Assembly: GCF_006345805.1 (NCBI RefSeq)
Contig: NC_043000.1
Span: 82,584,001-82,648,000, forward strand
DNA: 64,000 bases
Reading direction: 5' to 3'
From: Octopus sinensis
Lineage: Eukaryota
The notes under the pieces are model-generated. The model did no database searches. It was not told the origin of the DNA and was given only the letters and a program-made list of their open reading frames with translations. Made by a program: the position numbers and the translations under genes. This document shows, in pieces, positions 50,211-62,816 of this stretch. Each line of letters starts with the position of its first letter. Position 1 is the stretch's first letter.

Positions 50211-50270
50211 GGCGTTGTTGCCACGCACTCACACACACACACACACACACCACACACATGCACACATACA

Positions 50271-50312
<42 letters not shown>

Positions 50313-50504
50313 ACACACACACACACTGCCCAAAGTATGCATCCTTCTTGTCTTGAAGAAAAGGTCAAAGGCAATTTTCATCGCTAGTCACACCGTAACG
50401 ATGTTCCTTCGATTACTCTCTTCTTGTTCATTGACTAATTCCTCTTAGATTGTTGGATTCTTTGGCTGTTATTTCTTGCAGGTCGAGCAACCACTCGTTG
50501 AAGT

Positions 50505-50868
50505 GGTGAGGATGATGATGATGATACGATGATGATGATGAGAAGGAGGGGGAGGCGAGGATGAGGTGGTGGTACAAGTAACGAGGGTAGCAATGATGAT
50601 GATAGTGATAGTGATGATGCTTATACGGATGGTAATAATGGAGTTTGATGTTGTTGCAGTTGTTGTTGTTGTTGTTGTTTTTTTGTTGTTTAGCTCTAGG
50701 CTACTATTATTGAGAAGACCAATAATCAAAGGCCTTCTAGCTAAGACCATTCTTCTGTAGATTTTAGTTGTGTTGGCTGTGATGACATATGTGAAAGTAA
50801 TATTAATAGTGATGATGATGATGGTAGAGGTGGTAGAAGAAGAAGGAGGAGGAGGAGGAGAAAAGAAG

Positions 50869-50899
<31 letters not shown>

Positions 50900-51062
50900 G
50901 GTAGTGATGGTGATGATGGTAATTAATTTTTTTTTTTACTTGTGCGATTTTTGCATTTATTGCCTTGACCTTGAAAACTTGAAATCGAGGCAGCAAGTAG
51001 TAGTAGTAGTAGTAGTAGTAGTTGTTGTTGTTGTTGTTGTTGTTGTTGTAGTAGTAGTAGTA
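50505..51062. repeat. Trinucleotide mosaic (GAT/GTT/GGA/AAG/GTA)
   Basis: Direct. Confidence 0.9.
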
Positions 51063-51559
51063 AGAAACGTTGGAAGGTGATTGGCTGAGACAAGTGTGTG
51101 TGTGTGGTTGGTGGATAATAGGGACAGCGTAGACAGGCAGTGTTTTTAGAGGAGTGAATAAGAGAGGGTATTTATATGTGCATGTATGTATGAGAGAGAG
51201 AGAGAGAGTGAGAGAGGGTGAGAGGGAAACAGGCAGACAGGGGGCGTGGCAGAGGTGAGGAGAAGACGATAAAAAAAACGGTGAGTGTTATAGGTTATGA
51301 GGCGGAGAGATGTGTTTGTTTAGCGGTTGTGTTGTGTTGTAGTATTTTGTGGTGTTGTGTAGTGTAAAATGACATGATGTTGTGAGGTGTGATACACTGT
51401 GATATGTTGTGTTGTGGTTGCGATGTTGTGTGGTGCGCTGAGCTATGTTGTGCTTCATCGTAGTCTTATACGGCGTCTTACGACGTTGTGTATGTCTCGT
51501 TGTGTGACGTTATGTGGTACATATAGTGCGATGTGGTGTGATGAGATATATATATATAT

Positions 51560-51686
51560 GGCGTGGCTGTGTGGTAAGAAGATTGCTTCCCAACCACATG
51601 GTTCTGGGTTCAGTCACATTGTGTGGCACCTTGGACAAGCCTTGTGAATAGATTTGGTAGATGGAAACTGAAAGAAGTCCGTCGTG

Positions 51687-51768
<82 letters not shown>

Positions 51769-51925
51769 TCCCCCAGCCATTGCTTGACACCTGATGCTGG
51801 TGTCCCGTACCTAGCGGTTCAGCAAAAGAGACCCGTAGAATAAGTACTAGGCTTACAAAGAATAAGTCCTGGTGCCGATTTTGTTCGACTAAAACCCTTT
51901 AAGACGGTGCTCCAGCATGGCTGCT
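51560..51925 (+). mobile_element. SINE family B
   Basis: Head, core, internal microsatellite and tail all present. Confidence 0.85.
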
Positions 51926-52094
51926 ACTGGTACCATTTAAGCCAGTACCACGTGTTCAATGGTCGAGTGACCGGCGACTAAACCGGCTTCTCTACTAGAA
52001 TAGTAGCACGCTACTCTTGTGAGGACGGCACCTGGACACACAGCAAAACTAAAAACAAAATACGTCAAAGGGTAGTTGTGCTCCTTGTGGGCGA

Positions 52095-52160
52095 ACAGCC
52101 ATCCAGTTGGGGAAGGTAATGGCAAACCACTTATGATATCCTTGCCAAGAAAAGACAATG
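52095..52160 (+). mobile_element. RTE-related segment
   Basis: gggaaggtaatggcaaaccact...tatccttgccaagaaaa resembles the segment shared by RTE/BovB LINEs and RTE-dependent SINE tails. Confidence 0.45.
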
Positions 52161-52676
52161 AGAGAATCAGAACGGAGTAATGCTGTGGCTTCATATTATG
52201 GGAGAAATCACGCTTAATCGGGAAGACTTCATTGTAGAGTCATCAACGCGCAGCAATAAGAGCACGATACGTGAGAACGACGACGAATGTATTGTTGTGT
52301 AGTATTGTGTTATGTTGCAGTACAGTTAAATGTGGCATTGTGTGGTATGGTACACTGTGATGTAGTGTGATGTGGTGTTGGGCAATGCTTTGCAGTGTTA
52401 TATATAATGTGACAAATTAGAGCTGGGTGACGGACGACGATAAGATACAAAAAAGACGAAGAGGAAGGGAGATTACTCAGGGGACATATATATATATATA
52501 TATATAAATATATTTGTGCGTCAATGTTTGCATCTGTGTATGTAGCTATCTGTGAATCTATATATGTGTCAATGTGTGCATTTATGCATGTATTTTTATG
52601 TATGTATGTTTATGGATGTCAGCATCAATGTATGTATATTAAAGCATGCATTTATATATGTATGTATGTATGTATG

Positions 52677-52727
<51 letters not shown>

Positions 52728-53519
52728 TCATGTATATGATGGATGTTAGTAGTATATATGTTTCTATGTGTACATATATGTGACTATGTGTACATCCATA
52801 TGTGTAAATGTGTGCACCTCTGACTTTTGACAACGTCTAAGCTATCAATACTTGTGTATCTGTGTGTGAATTTATGCATGTGTACCTTAATCTATGTGTG
52901 TGTGTATGTGTTGTGTGTCTGTGTGTGTGTCTGTCTGTGTGTATATAACACTGTGCTTCTATAAGTATGTGTTTGCATTCATACATAAACGTATGGGTAT
53001 ATGTACATAATTATTTCTCTGTGTATACACATAAATATACAGATATGTGAGTGTGTATGTGTGTGTGGAGTGTACGTGTATGTATGTGTGCGTGCGTATG
53101 TGTGTGTTAAGTGTTGCGAAGGCAAAGGTGTTGGCGAGAGTGATGATGACTGATGACAGATTGAGTAAGAGAGTGGCAATGCTGTGTGGTGTGTGTTTGT
53201 GTGTGTGTGTGTGTGGTAAGGGATTGAGAGAAGACAGGGTAAGCGAGGATAGTGAAGGAATGAAAGACAGTATGTCTGCCTTCTGTAATAGGCTCATACA
53301 ATGTACATACACACACACACAACTGCATACACATACAAATACATACACACACATGTATGATGCATACATATGCACTAAAAATGCAATCGCATGCGCCTAC
53401 ACATATATACATGCTTACATACAAACGTACACAATTACCCTCGTATATACCGTACATGTCTACATCCACCTACTTGAAATGTCACCAAGAAAGACAAAAT
53501 ACACGCAGAGACACGGCGA

Positions 53520-53556
53520 TAGACAGACAGGCAGGCAGATAGACAGACAGACAGGC

Positions 53557-53595
<39 letters not shown>

Positions 53596-53596
53596 A

Positions 53597-53627
<31 letters not shown>

Positions 53628-53642
53628 TAGATAGACAGATAG

Positions 53643-53699
<57 letters not shown>

Positions 53700-53836
53700 C
53701 TACTTATACACAGCTGTATATGTGTGTACGTATTATATATGTGTGCGTATGTAGATATAAGTATATATTCTATATAAACATATATATGCATACATACATA
53801 AATATATATAGATAATATATATATATAATATATATA

Positions 53837-53881
<45 letters not shown>

Positions 53882-53910
53882 TATATATTATATTATACAT
53901 ACCATGTATG

Positions 53911-53965
<55 letters not shown>

Positions 53966-54040
53966 GTATGTAGGTATGTAGGTATGTATGTATGTATGTA
54001 TGTATGTATGTATGTATGTATGTATGTATGTATGTATAGT
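53520..54040. repeat. Compound (GACA)n/(GATA)n/(TA)n/(TATG)n microsatellites
   Basis: Direct. Confidence 0.93.
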
Positions 54041-54399
54041 GACTATATAAAGGAATATTCGCACGCACAATATCCGTGTATTGAAATGGGTTCAATACAA
54101 AAACTTCTCCACATAAACAATACAGATGTACGAAAGTGAAAACGTGTATGTATATGCGTGTATACATACATACAAGCATACATACATACACACATACTTA
54201 GAAGTTTGTATGTGTAGATATATATATATATACATATAGTCACACGCGCTCATACACTTATATGACCGAAAAGTGTGTATATGTGTGTATGTACGTATGC
54301 ATTCATGCGTGTATGTGTATGTAGCCATGTGCAAAATATTCAGTATGTATTAAACTGTGAACAACTGAACATGCGAAAGTATTGCAAGCGTGTGTATGA

Positions 54400-54760
54400 G
54401 TGTTTCTCTGTGTGTCTGTTTCTGTGTGTGTGTGTGTGTGTGTGTTTCTGTGTGTGTGTGTGTTTCTCTGTGTGTGTGTGTGTTTCTCTGTGTGTGTGTG
54501 TTTCTCTGTGTGTGTGTTTCTGTGTGTGTGTGTGTGTGTGTGTTTCTGTGTGGTGTGTGTTTCTCTGTGTGTGTGTGTGTTTCTCTGTGTGTGTGTGTTT
54601 CTCTGTGTGTGTGTTTCTCTGTGTGTGTGTTTCTCTGTGGTGTGTGTGTTTCTGTGCGTGTGTGTTTCTGTGTGTGTGTGTTTCTCTGTGTGTGTGTGTT
54701 TTTCTGTGTCTGTGTGTGTGTGTGTGTGTGTTTTTCTCTCTGTGTGTGTGTTTGTGTGCA
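54400..54760. repeat. Higher-order microsatellite: TTTC(TC) spacer plus (TG)n of variable length
   Basis: About 20 units of the form gtttctctgtgtgtgt. Confidence 0.9.
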
Positions 54761-55366
54761 TGTACATAATAGTGAGAGGGGTAAGTTTGTCAGTAAATGA
54801 GTGTGTTATGAGGGTTTGCTACAGGGATGTTGGGTGGTAGGGGAGCATATTTGATGACATGTAGTAGCAGTAGCAGTAGTAGAAAAACTCCTAGTAATAG
54901 TGGTGGTGGTGGTGATGGTAGTGGCGGCGGCAGCGGTGTCAACGGTGGTGGAATCAGAGTATGTTCTGGTGACGGCTGCGTTTTCTCGTCGGGGCGGTGG
55001 GGCGAAGGAAGTCGTGATGATAAAGTGTTGTTGAAGTGGATGTTTACATATATGTGTGTGTGTGTATAGATATAGATATAGATATAAATATATATATATA
55101 TAGATAGATAGATATAGATATATACCTGTCTTCGCTTTTGTTTTTTTTTAAATTTCAACTATATATGTGTATGTATGTGTGTGTGTTTGGAGGGGGTGAA
55201 AACATACATATACATATACGTATGCATACAATTCTTCTTATTAGCTCAGAATACTTAACTTGCTGAAGTACGTAGAGTTTCGTGCCAATTCACACAAGCA
55301 CACACATTTATATGTGTATGTGTGTGTGCGCGTGTGTATGTGTATGTATGTGTGGGTATATATTTT

Positions 55367-55442
<76 letters not shown>

Positions 55443-56428
55443 TTGTGTGTATACATATACGGTTTGTGTGTGTGCTTTAAGTATATATACATATATACAT
55501 ATACATATATATTATATATATATGTATATTATACATCCCATGTATGTATATATTATATATATGCATACGTATATATGTGTTCGTCTCTCTATATATCCAT
55601 CTCTGTGTGTGTGCGTGAGACCAATCTGAAATAGAATATATACATATACACGCACGCAGACACACACACACACACATATGCATGCGGGCTCGCGCATAGA
55701 CTCGCTGTGAAGTGGAGTATGTGAGACAGCTGTGAATGAAAAGATGCCTGGTGTCAATCTAGGAGGGTGTGATAGGGAGAGGACTGACGAGATGGGAGTG
55801 ACTGTGTAAGACGGGGACAGTGTGACAGCGAGAAGGAGAGAGATAGACGGAAGGGTAAAGCGGGAGGGAAAGAGAGAGAGGGAGAAAGAAAGAAAGAAAG
55901 AAAGAAGCAAAGAGAATGAGGGACAGTGAGAAAGAGAGAGATGTGGTAGAATTGATGGTCTGGTAGAGAGTAAAACAACAGTGGTGGTGGTGGTGGTGGT
56001 GCCGACGGCGACGGCGGCGGTTGCTACTGCTGGTTGCATTTGTTGTGGTGATGTAATGAGATAATGTTGGCGGTGAAGCAGAAGGCGGCGACGATTTTTG
56101 TGATATTTCTAGTAAATGGCGGTCATGCTACAGCTTGTAGCTTTTTGTAGTAGTAGTAGTAGTAGTAGCATGGAAGTAGTGTTTATTGCCAATGGGTGCA
56201 ATGAGCTAGCTATATATGCTACTATTTTTAGATTATAAATACCCCTAGAGGGGAGGCTTTGTCTACTAATTGTTCGGATAGTCTCTAGTATAGCGATGAT
56301 AATAATTAAGACTGGTGTTTGGGATGGCTTAGTAGCTGTGCTGATTACAGTTTAAGTGCCAGCAACAGTATTGGTGGTGCTGGTTAGTGTGGTAGTAATT
56401 GTTATGGAGTTAGTGATGTTTGGAGGCG

Positions 56429-57112
56429 CTACTGGTAGTAGTGAAGCGGTGGTGCTGGTTGAGATGCTAGTATAGGTTGTAGTAGTGTTGTGGTGGTGGT
56501 AATATTTGAGGGATGCGCTGGCAGTTGTGGCGGTGGTAGTATTACTGTCTGGCTTACAGCAACGAGGTCGTTGACACCAGACAACAATGGCGGCCTGCTC
56601 CCTGTTGCTGCTGCTGCTGCTGCTGCTGTCCTTGCTGCTGCTGCTGCTGCTAATCCTATTTCAGCTGCTGCTGCTTCTTCGTTTCCTACTGCTGCTACTC
56701 TCATCGTTGCTGCTGCCGTTCCCATTGCTGCTTCTGCTGTTGTTGCTGCTGTCCCTACTGCTGCTTCTGATTTTACAACTGTTGTTGGTGCTGCTGCTGC
56801 TGCTGCTGTTTTTATTATTGATGCAATTGCTATCGTTCCAGTTGATGTTACTGCAGCTGATATTGCAGCTGTTACAGTTATTGTTGTTGTTGCATATACT
56901 ACTACTACTACTACTACTACTACTACAGTGACTGCTGCTGCCCTGACAGTATTGATGAGACGTGAAACACCGGAGATAGAAAGGATATCCGGTGGTAGTT
57001 GCACGGCAGGAGTGAGAAGATAATGGTGTTGATGGTGGTGATGGTAGTGTCGGTGGGGGAGGGATTGATGGCGGGGATGATGGTGGGGTTGATGGAGAGA
57101 GTGTAGTAGCAA
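56429..57112 (-). other. Ala-rich low-complexity ORF (227 aa), coding status unresolved
   Basis: GCA/CTG-repeat mosaic with unique interspersed segments; open on both strands; no recognisable domain. Confidence 0.2.
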
Positions 57113-57799
57113 TAATGACGACGACGATTATGATGATGATTTTAGTGGTGGTGGTGGTGGTGGTGGTGGTGGTTGGCGGTTGGTTGTTGGCGGGGTGGTG
57201 GTTGGCAGGGTAGTGACCGACAAAAACAGTCCGAGTTAGCTGTCAGCAAAATCATCAAGGTCAACAATACTAGGCACAAAATTACATGCGGTGGTGATAG
57301 GTGGGAGTGGGTGCTATAGTGTCCATTAAATTAACACCAATGTATAACTGATACTCCATTTTTACCGGATCCGGAAGGTTGACTTCTGTGGCATCTCGAT
57401 CCAGGACATAGGGAGATATAACTAAATGCCACCAAACAATGCAGGTCGGTACAGTGTGAGGTTAACATAAAAAAAGCGACCAAGCAAGAGAAATGACAAA
57501 AACGAAAGACAAAAATTTAAATAATTCATTATGATAATGGCTTCTAATTTCTAATGAAGACCAGTAACTTTTGAGCAGACTGAGGCTAGTTGATACCACT
57601 GACCCTCCCCACCACCACCACCACCCAAATACTTGACTGGTACTTTGTTTTACGAAGCCCGACAACGTCCACTTTGGTTGCATTTGCCTTTTATCATTGC
57701 GGAGTCGATAGAATAAGAACTAGTTGAGTAGTGAAATCGTTGTAAGCAACCAACCCCTATCCTAATATTGCTGGTCTTGTGTAAAAATTTGACACCAAG

Positions 57800-59005
57800 C
57801 AGGTGATTTCTGTCGCTGGACTATGGTCTTGTGAAAGTGTTCGGAGTCTGGTTCGGACCAGAACTCCAAGTGAACAGAAACTGGGAATGTTACGAGCAGG
57901 GTTGCCGATCTTACACAGAAATGGGGTGAGGAGAAGCTATTTCTGACTGGCCGAATGGAAAAATTCAGTGGTGTACTACCGCCTGACTTCCGTACCTTAT
58001 CCCAATTCAGTCCAGATTGGAATGCTTACTTTTCTGATTCTTATGAACAAATCAGGTTCCGATGGTCAGGAAATTCATCTGCTTACAACACCCACTCCGT
58101 CATAGTCTCCAAATTCCTTCTTTGGTGATGTACTGGCACGATCTGTGGTAGCTGCAGAAATATCCGAATCATCTCGATGGTGTCAACGACGACAACAGGA
58201 GCAAACCGGTGTGGGCGTCTTTCGTACGACATGTCTTTTTACATCTCGTCTCGTTGACCAGGCTGAGTCGTAGGTCAAACGGAGATCAAGATTGGGCGTT
58301 TGGCATTTAGCATGTTACCAGACGCTCACAACATTGAAACGGTTGGACAACGCCGTTAACGGGAAAACAGCTTACTATTTCTAGGGGCGGATGGAGTTAG
58401 TTGAGAGTTTGAGGAATGATAGCCTAGCATTGACTCTGGGTATCGACGAGGATAGTCTGGGTGATCTCTTTCGGAGGACTTTCGGGTCGAATACAATGGA
58501 CAGTTTCAAAAAGTCCTTGGCAAGACAGTGCTACAAGGAGGCATTACCTGTTCGAAACAAGCTCTTCAGGCATGGCAGCTTGAACAGTCGGTCCTGTCCG
58601 AGATGAATGCAGGAGGACAAAACCGCCCCGCACGCAATCGTTCAGTATCCGTGCATTAGCGACTTGGTGGCTTGCGTCGAGCAGTTGCAGTCTCGTGTAA
58701 GATGAATCCGGCTGTCAGCTGAGTGTGCAGTAAGATCAACATACCACCTTTCTTTGGCCTGGATGGGAAACAGATTTTTCTGCTTAGTGGCTATGGCGAG
58801 AGAGGATATATAGTGGACCCGTTTCAAAGATTTGAGGACAGGCACTTTTATATCTAGTCAAGCTCACATCAATTTCTTAAAACATCATGGGGATATAGAG
58901 GTACTTGCTGCCTTCCAGTGTATTTATTGGGGGTTGGATGTCAGGGGGAAAACCGGAGAGGCTGAATGGACCTACTCTGAGTATGTTCTTCTTGCGCTTG
59001 TAGTA
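57800..59005 (+). mobile_element. L1/Tx1-type LINE ORF2 3' fragment
   Basis: VFGVWFGPELQVNRNW; EALPVRNKLFRHG...SCPR (zf-RVT-like); C-terminus resembles the 41051 copy. Confidence 0.85.
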
Positions 59006-59019
59006 GACAGCATTATTAT

Positions 59020-59585
59020 TATTATTGGTATTTCATCTGTCGTTACGTTCTGAGTGCAAATTCCACCGAGGTCGACATTGCCTTTCATCCTTTCGGGATC
59101 GATGAAGTAAGTACCTGTTGAGCACAGGAGTCACCATTCCTCAAATTTCAGGCCTTTTGCCTATAGTAGAAAGAATTGTTATTATTATTAGGTGGCAAGT
59201 TGGCAAATCGTTAGCACGCCAGGCGAAATGCTTAGCGGTATTTCGTCTGCCGCTACGTTCTGAGTTCAAATTCCGCCGAGGTCGACTTTATCTTTCATTC
59301 TTTCGGGGTCGATTAAATAAGTACCAGTTACGCACTGGGGTCGGTATGATCGACTTAATCCGTTTGTCTGTCCTTGTTTGTCCTCTCTGTGTTTAGCCCC
59401 TTGTGAGTAGTAAAGAAATAGGTATTTCGTCTCTCGCTACGTTAGGAGTTCAAATTTCGCTGAGGTTAACTTTGCGTTTCATCCTTTCGGGGTCGATAAA
59501 TTAAGTACCAGTTACGCACTGGGATCGTTGCAATCGACTAATCCCCTCTCCCAAAATGGCTGCCCTCGAGGCAAAATTTGAAACC
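59020..59585 (+). mobile_element. SINE family A cluster: truncated copy plus tandem dimer (junction 59421)
   Basis: aaagaaata-ggtatttcg junction; (ATT)n between units. Confidence 0.88.
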
Positions 59586-59609
59586 GTTATTATTATTATT
59601 ATTATTATT

Positions 59610-59641
<32 letters not shown>

Positions 59642-59664
59642 TATTATTAATGTTGTTGTTATTG

Positions 59665-60268
59665 TTACTTAAGCCGTCGCACAGTATCCAATATCGTGAT
59701 GCTGTTCATTGAAGATATTGTGTCTACCGGGGACTTGTACTGTCTGTCAAGTCACAGCATAGATCTTTGACAGACAGTACTTCAGGCAATATGCGTGTAG
59801 TTCCAAGTAATGCCGATTTTTGCAATACACCTTTGATTGTAGGGTATTTCTAAAGTTTCCAAATGTTTTTTCAGGTTGGATGGCATTGAACCCAATGCTC
59901 CGCTGACAAGGACGACCTTTATGTATGACTCTCGTAGCTGCCATATCTTGGCGATCTCAAATCTCAGGTCTCCATATTTAACAATCTTTTCTCTTTCTTT
60001 CATGATATGTTGATCTTTTGGCACTGCCACGTCGATTATAAGGCACTCTTGTTACTATATCCGGCCTTCGGTGCTCTGACATTTTGTCTGTCTGAAAATC
60101 AAAGTCCAAGAGAATTTTTGTCATCCCTTTTTCGTCCATTACCTTTTGCGGTATATGCTGGTACCAAGCACCCATTACTTCGTATCCATACTTCCGGCAT
60201 AGTAACCGGTGGAGGTGTTGGGCTACCTTGTGGTGTCTGCGCTTGTACTCTTTCTGTGCGAGACATTG
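59665..60268 (-). mobile_element. R4/Dong-type LINE 3' fragment
   Basis: AQKEYKRRHHKVA, HRRPDIV, DMAVPKD..EREKIVKY and VSGALG; (AAT/GAT)n at its 3' end. Confidence 0.88.
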
Positions 60269-60285
60269 AACAGTTATATAATAAT

Positions 60286-60296
60286 AATAATAATAA

Positions 60297-60327
<31 letters not shown>

Positions 60328-60590
60328 AAGAAGAAGAAGAAGAAGAAGAAGAAGAAGAAGAAGAAGAAGAAGAAGAAGAAGAAGAATCCTTTTTATTATA
60401 AACACAAGACCTGAAATTTTGGGGAGGGTGTTACTTGATTATATCGACCCCAGTGCTTAACTGGTACATATTTCATCGAGCCGAAAAAGATGGAAGGCAA
60501 AGACGACCTCTGTGGTATTTAAATTCAGGAAGCGAAGGCGGACGAAATGCCGATAGACATTTTGTCCAGTGTGCCAATGATTCTGTTTTG
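60286..60590 (-). mobile_element. SINE family A with (CTT)n(ATT)n tail
   Basis: Core at 60440-60530; (AAG)n at 60299-60384. Confidence 0.75.
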
Positions 60591-60600
60591 ATAATAATAG

Positions 60601-60631
<31 letters not shown>

Positions 60632-60729
60632 AGTTCTTTCCAAACAAGTTATAGATGCTACTGAAAACGAAATTGAGAGGGACGATGTCGATTACCGCTA
60701 TCAAAGTCTGAGTTGTGCCGGTTGATAGG

Positions 60730-61796
60730 TATAGTGAGGCTATTTTGAATTGGAATAAAAAGAAAGTGAGTTAGAGAAGTTGGATAAGTTGGATAAGTTG
60801 ATAGGAAATGGTTGACGATGGTGCATTTCATCCAAAGACGAATGTTATGAGGCTATGTACACCGCGCACCGTAGGAGGACGAAAGATTGCGTAGCTAGTA
60901 AATTCAAGTCTTTAGATTTTGTATTTCACCAGTAGTAGAGAAAAACTTTTAGGCTATGTTGCCAAAAGCAGAGACTATGCATTAAGACTATTGAGAAATA
61001 AAGAATTGCAGAGGCTGCTAGCTGAGGAAACTAAGCTCAGCCAATTCGAAAGACAAACTTCGAAGAAAAACGAAGCAGAATCTTGATTGAACTGATTGAC
61101 AAAAAAAAAAGTTTGTTGATGGCTGTTCAGGATCAAGTACTAACTACAAACTCAATAAGGAATGCGCATAGCCCAGATGAAAGATATAAGTGTGTTGTGT
61201 GGGAAGAAGGTGGAAAGTGTGACACACATTGTGAGTGCCTGTAACACGCTTGCACAGAGAGAATATAAAAGGTTTCACAATAAAGTATGCTTCCATCTCC
61301 ACTGGTCTTTATGCAAACAAATTTGGGTTTCCAGTCACTGGGAAACGGTGACTGCACAAACCAGAGAAGGTCTAAGAAAATCGGACTGTGAAACTCATTT
61401 GCGACTTTACAATACAGACAGATTTATTGTACGTACAAGGCCAGACATAACTTTAATGTATGGACGTGTTTGCTGATCAATGTAACTTTCCCAGGGGATC
61501 ATTACATCAATGGTAAAGAAAACGAGAAAATCGTACAATATGTAGATTTGAGAATAGAAGTCGAGAAAATGTCGAGAGAATGCTTTCAAAGCAACAGTGG
61601 TACCAATCGTGACTGGAGCACTTGGATCGATGACAAAAAGCTTCCAGCAACACATTAACACAATTGGAACCTGTCTCAGTATGACGACATAGCAAAAGAA
61701 CACACTTTTGGGAACGTCAAATATTCTGCGGTTACATAACTTGATAGGGAGTCAGTTAAATCATCCATTGTTAACAGGATCATCACATTGCAAATG
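60730..61796 (+). mobile_element. R4/Dong-type LINE 3' fragment
   Basis: LMAVQDQVL, CGKKVESVTHIVSAC..LAQREYKRFHNKV, TRPDI and KENEKIVQY; ends in (TAA)n. Confidence 0.88.
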
Positions 61797-61797
61797 A

Positions 61798-61876
<79 letters not shown>
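61797..61876. repeat. (TAA)n array between LINE copies
   Basis: Direct. Confidence 0.97.
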
Positions 61877-62405
61877 GACAGTTGATCACATCATCTCTGG
61901 CTACCCAGTCCTGGCCAAATCTGAATAAATATATATATATATATATATATATACAGACAAGACCGAATAAGTAATTATATCCACTGGACAATATATCAAC
62001 GGTACAACATTAAAACTGATAATAGATGGTATAAACATGTCCCAAACAAGGTACGAGACAACAACCAGGCCACAATCATCTGGGATATGACGGTTCAAAC
62101 CGACAAAAAAATATAAACTAATCTCTCAAGGATTGATTTGATTATTATGATAGACATTACCGTCCCTTCTGATCAAAGTATTGTCAAAAAAGAAGTGGAG
62201 AAATTGTCAAAGTACAAAGACCTCGAAATTGATGCAGAAGGTGAAAACAAGACCAATAATAATTGGAGCATTGGGTATGATAAAAACATATTAACAAAAA
62301 CATAAAAGCTATACCTGGACTCTCAACACTACACACTATCCAAAAAGCAGCCCTCCTACGAACAGCCCACACCCTACGCAAGACTCAATCAATTCAATAA
62401 TACAA
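61877..62405 (+). mobile_element. R4/Dong-type LINE 3' fragment
   Basis: TVDHIISGYPVLAKSE, IIWDMTVQTD, IDITVPSD..KKEVEKLSKYKDLEI and IIGALG. Confidence 0.88.
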
Positions 62406-62708
62406 CCTAAACAAAACAACCAACAAACACAAGACACATTCTATACAGCATTTATCCAATGAAATAAACTTTCACCAGCAACCTAGCTAACCAATGCATT
62501 ACACACTCAACACACAATAAAAGTAGTAATACAACAAAAGACTGCACGTCACCTTAAAAGAGATAAAAACTGACACAATACAAAATAGGGAAGACTTTGC
62601 ACACTCCCAACAACAGAAAAGAACACACAATGCTGTACACACTCCAGCAACACGGAGGTGTCGCAGGTAATGCAGTAGAAATTTGCCCCAAACTATCAAA
62701 TGTTGAAC

Positions 62709-62733
62709 AATAAAGATAATAATAATAATAAAG

Positions 62734-62815
<82 letters not shown>
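62709..62815. repeat. (TAA)n array
   Basis: Direct. Confidence 0.97.
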
Positions 62816-62816
<1 letters not shown>

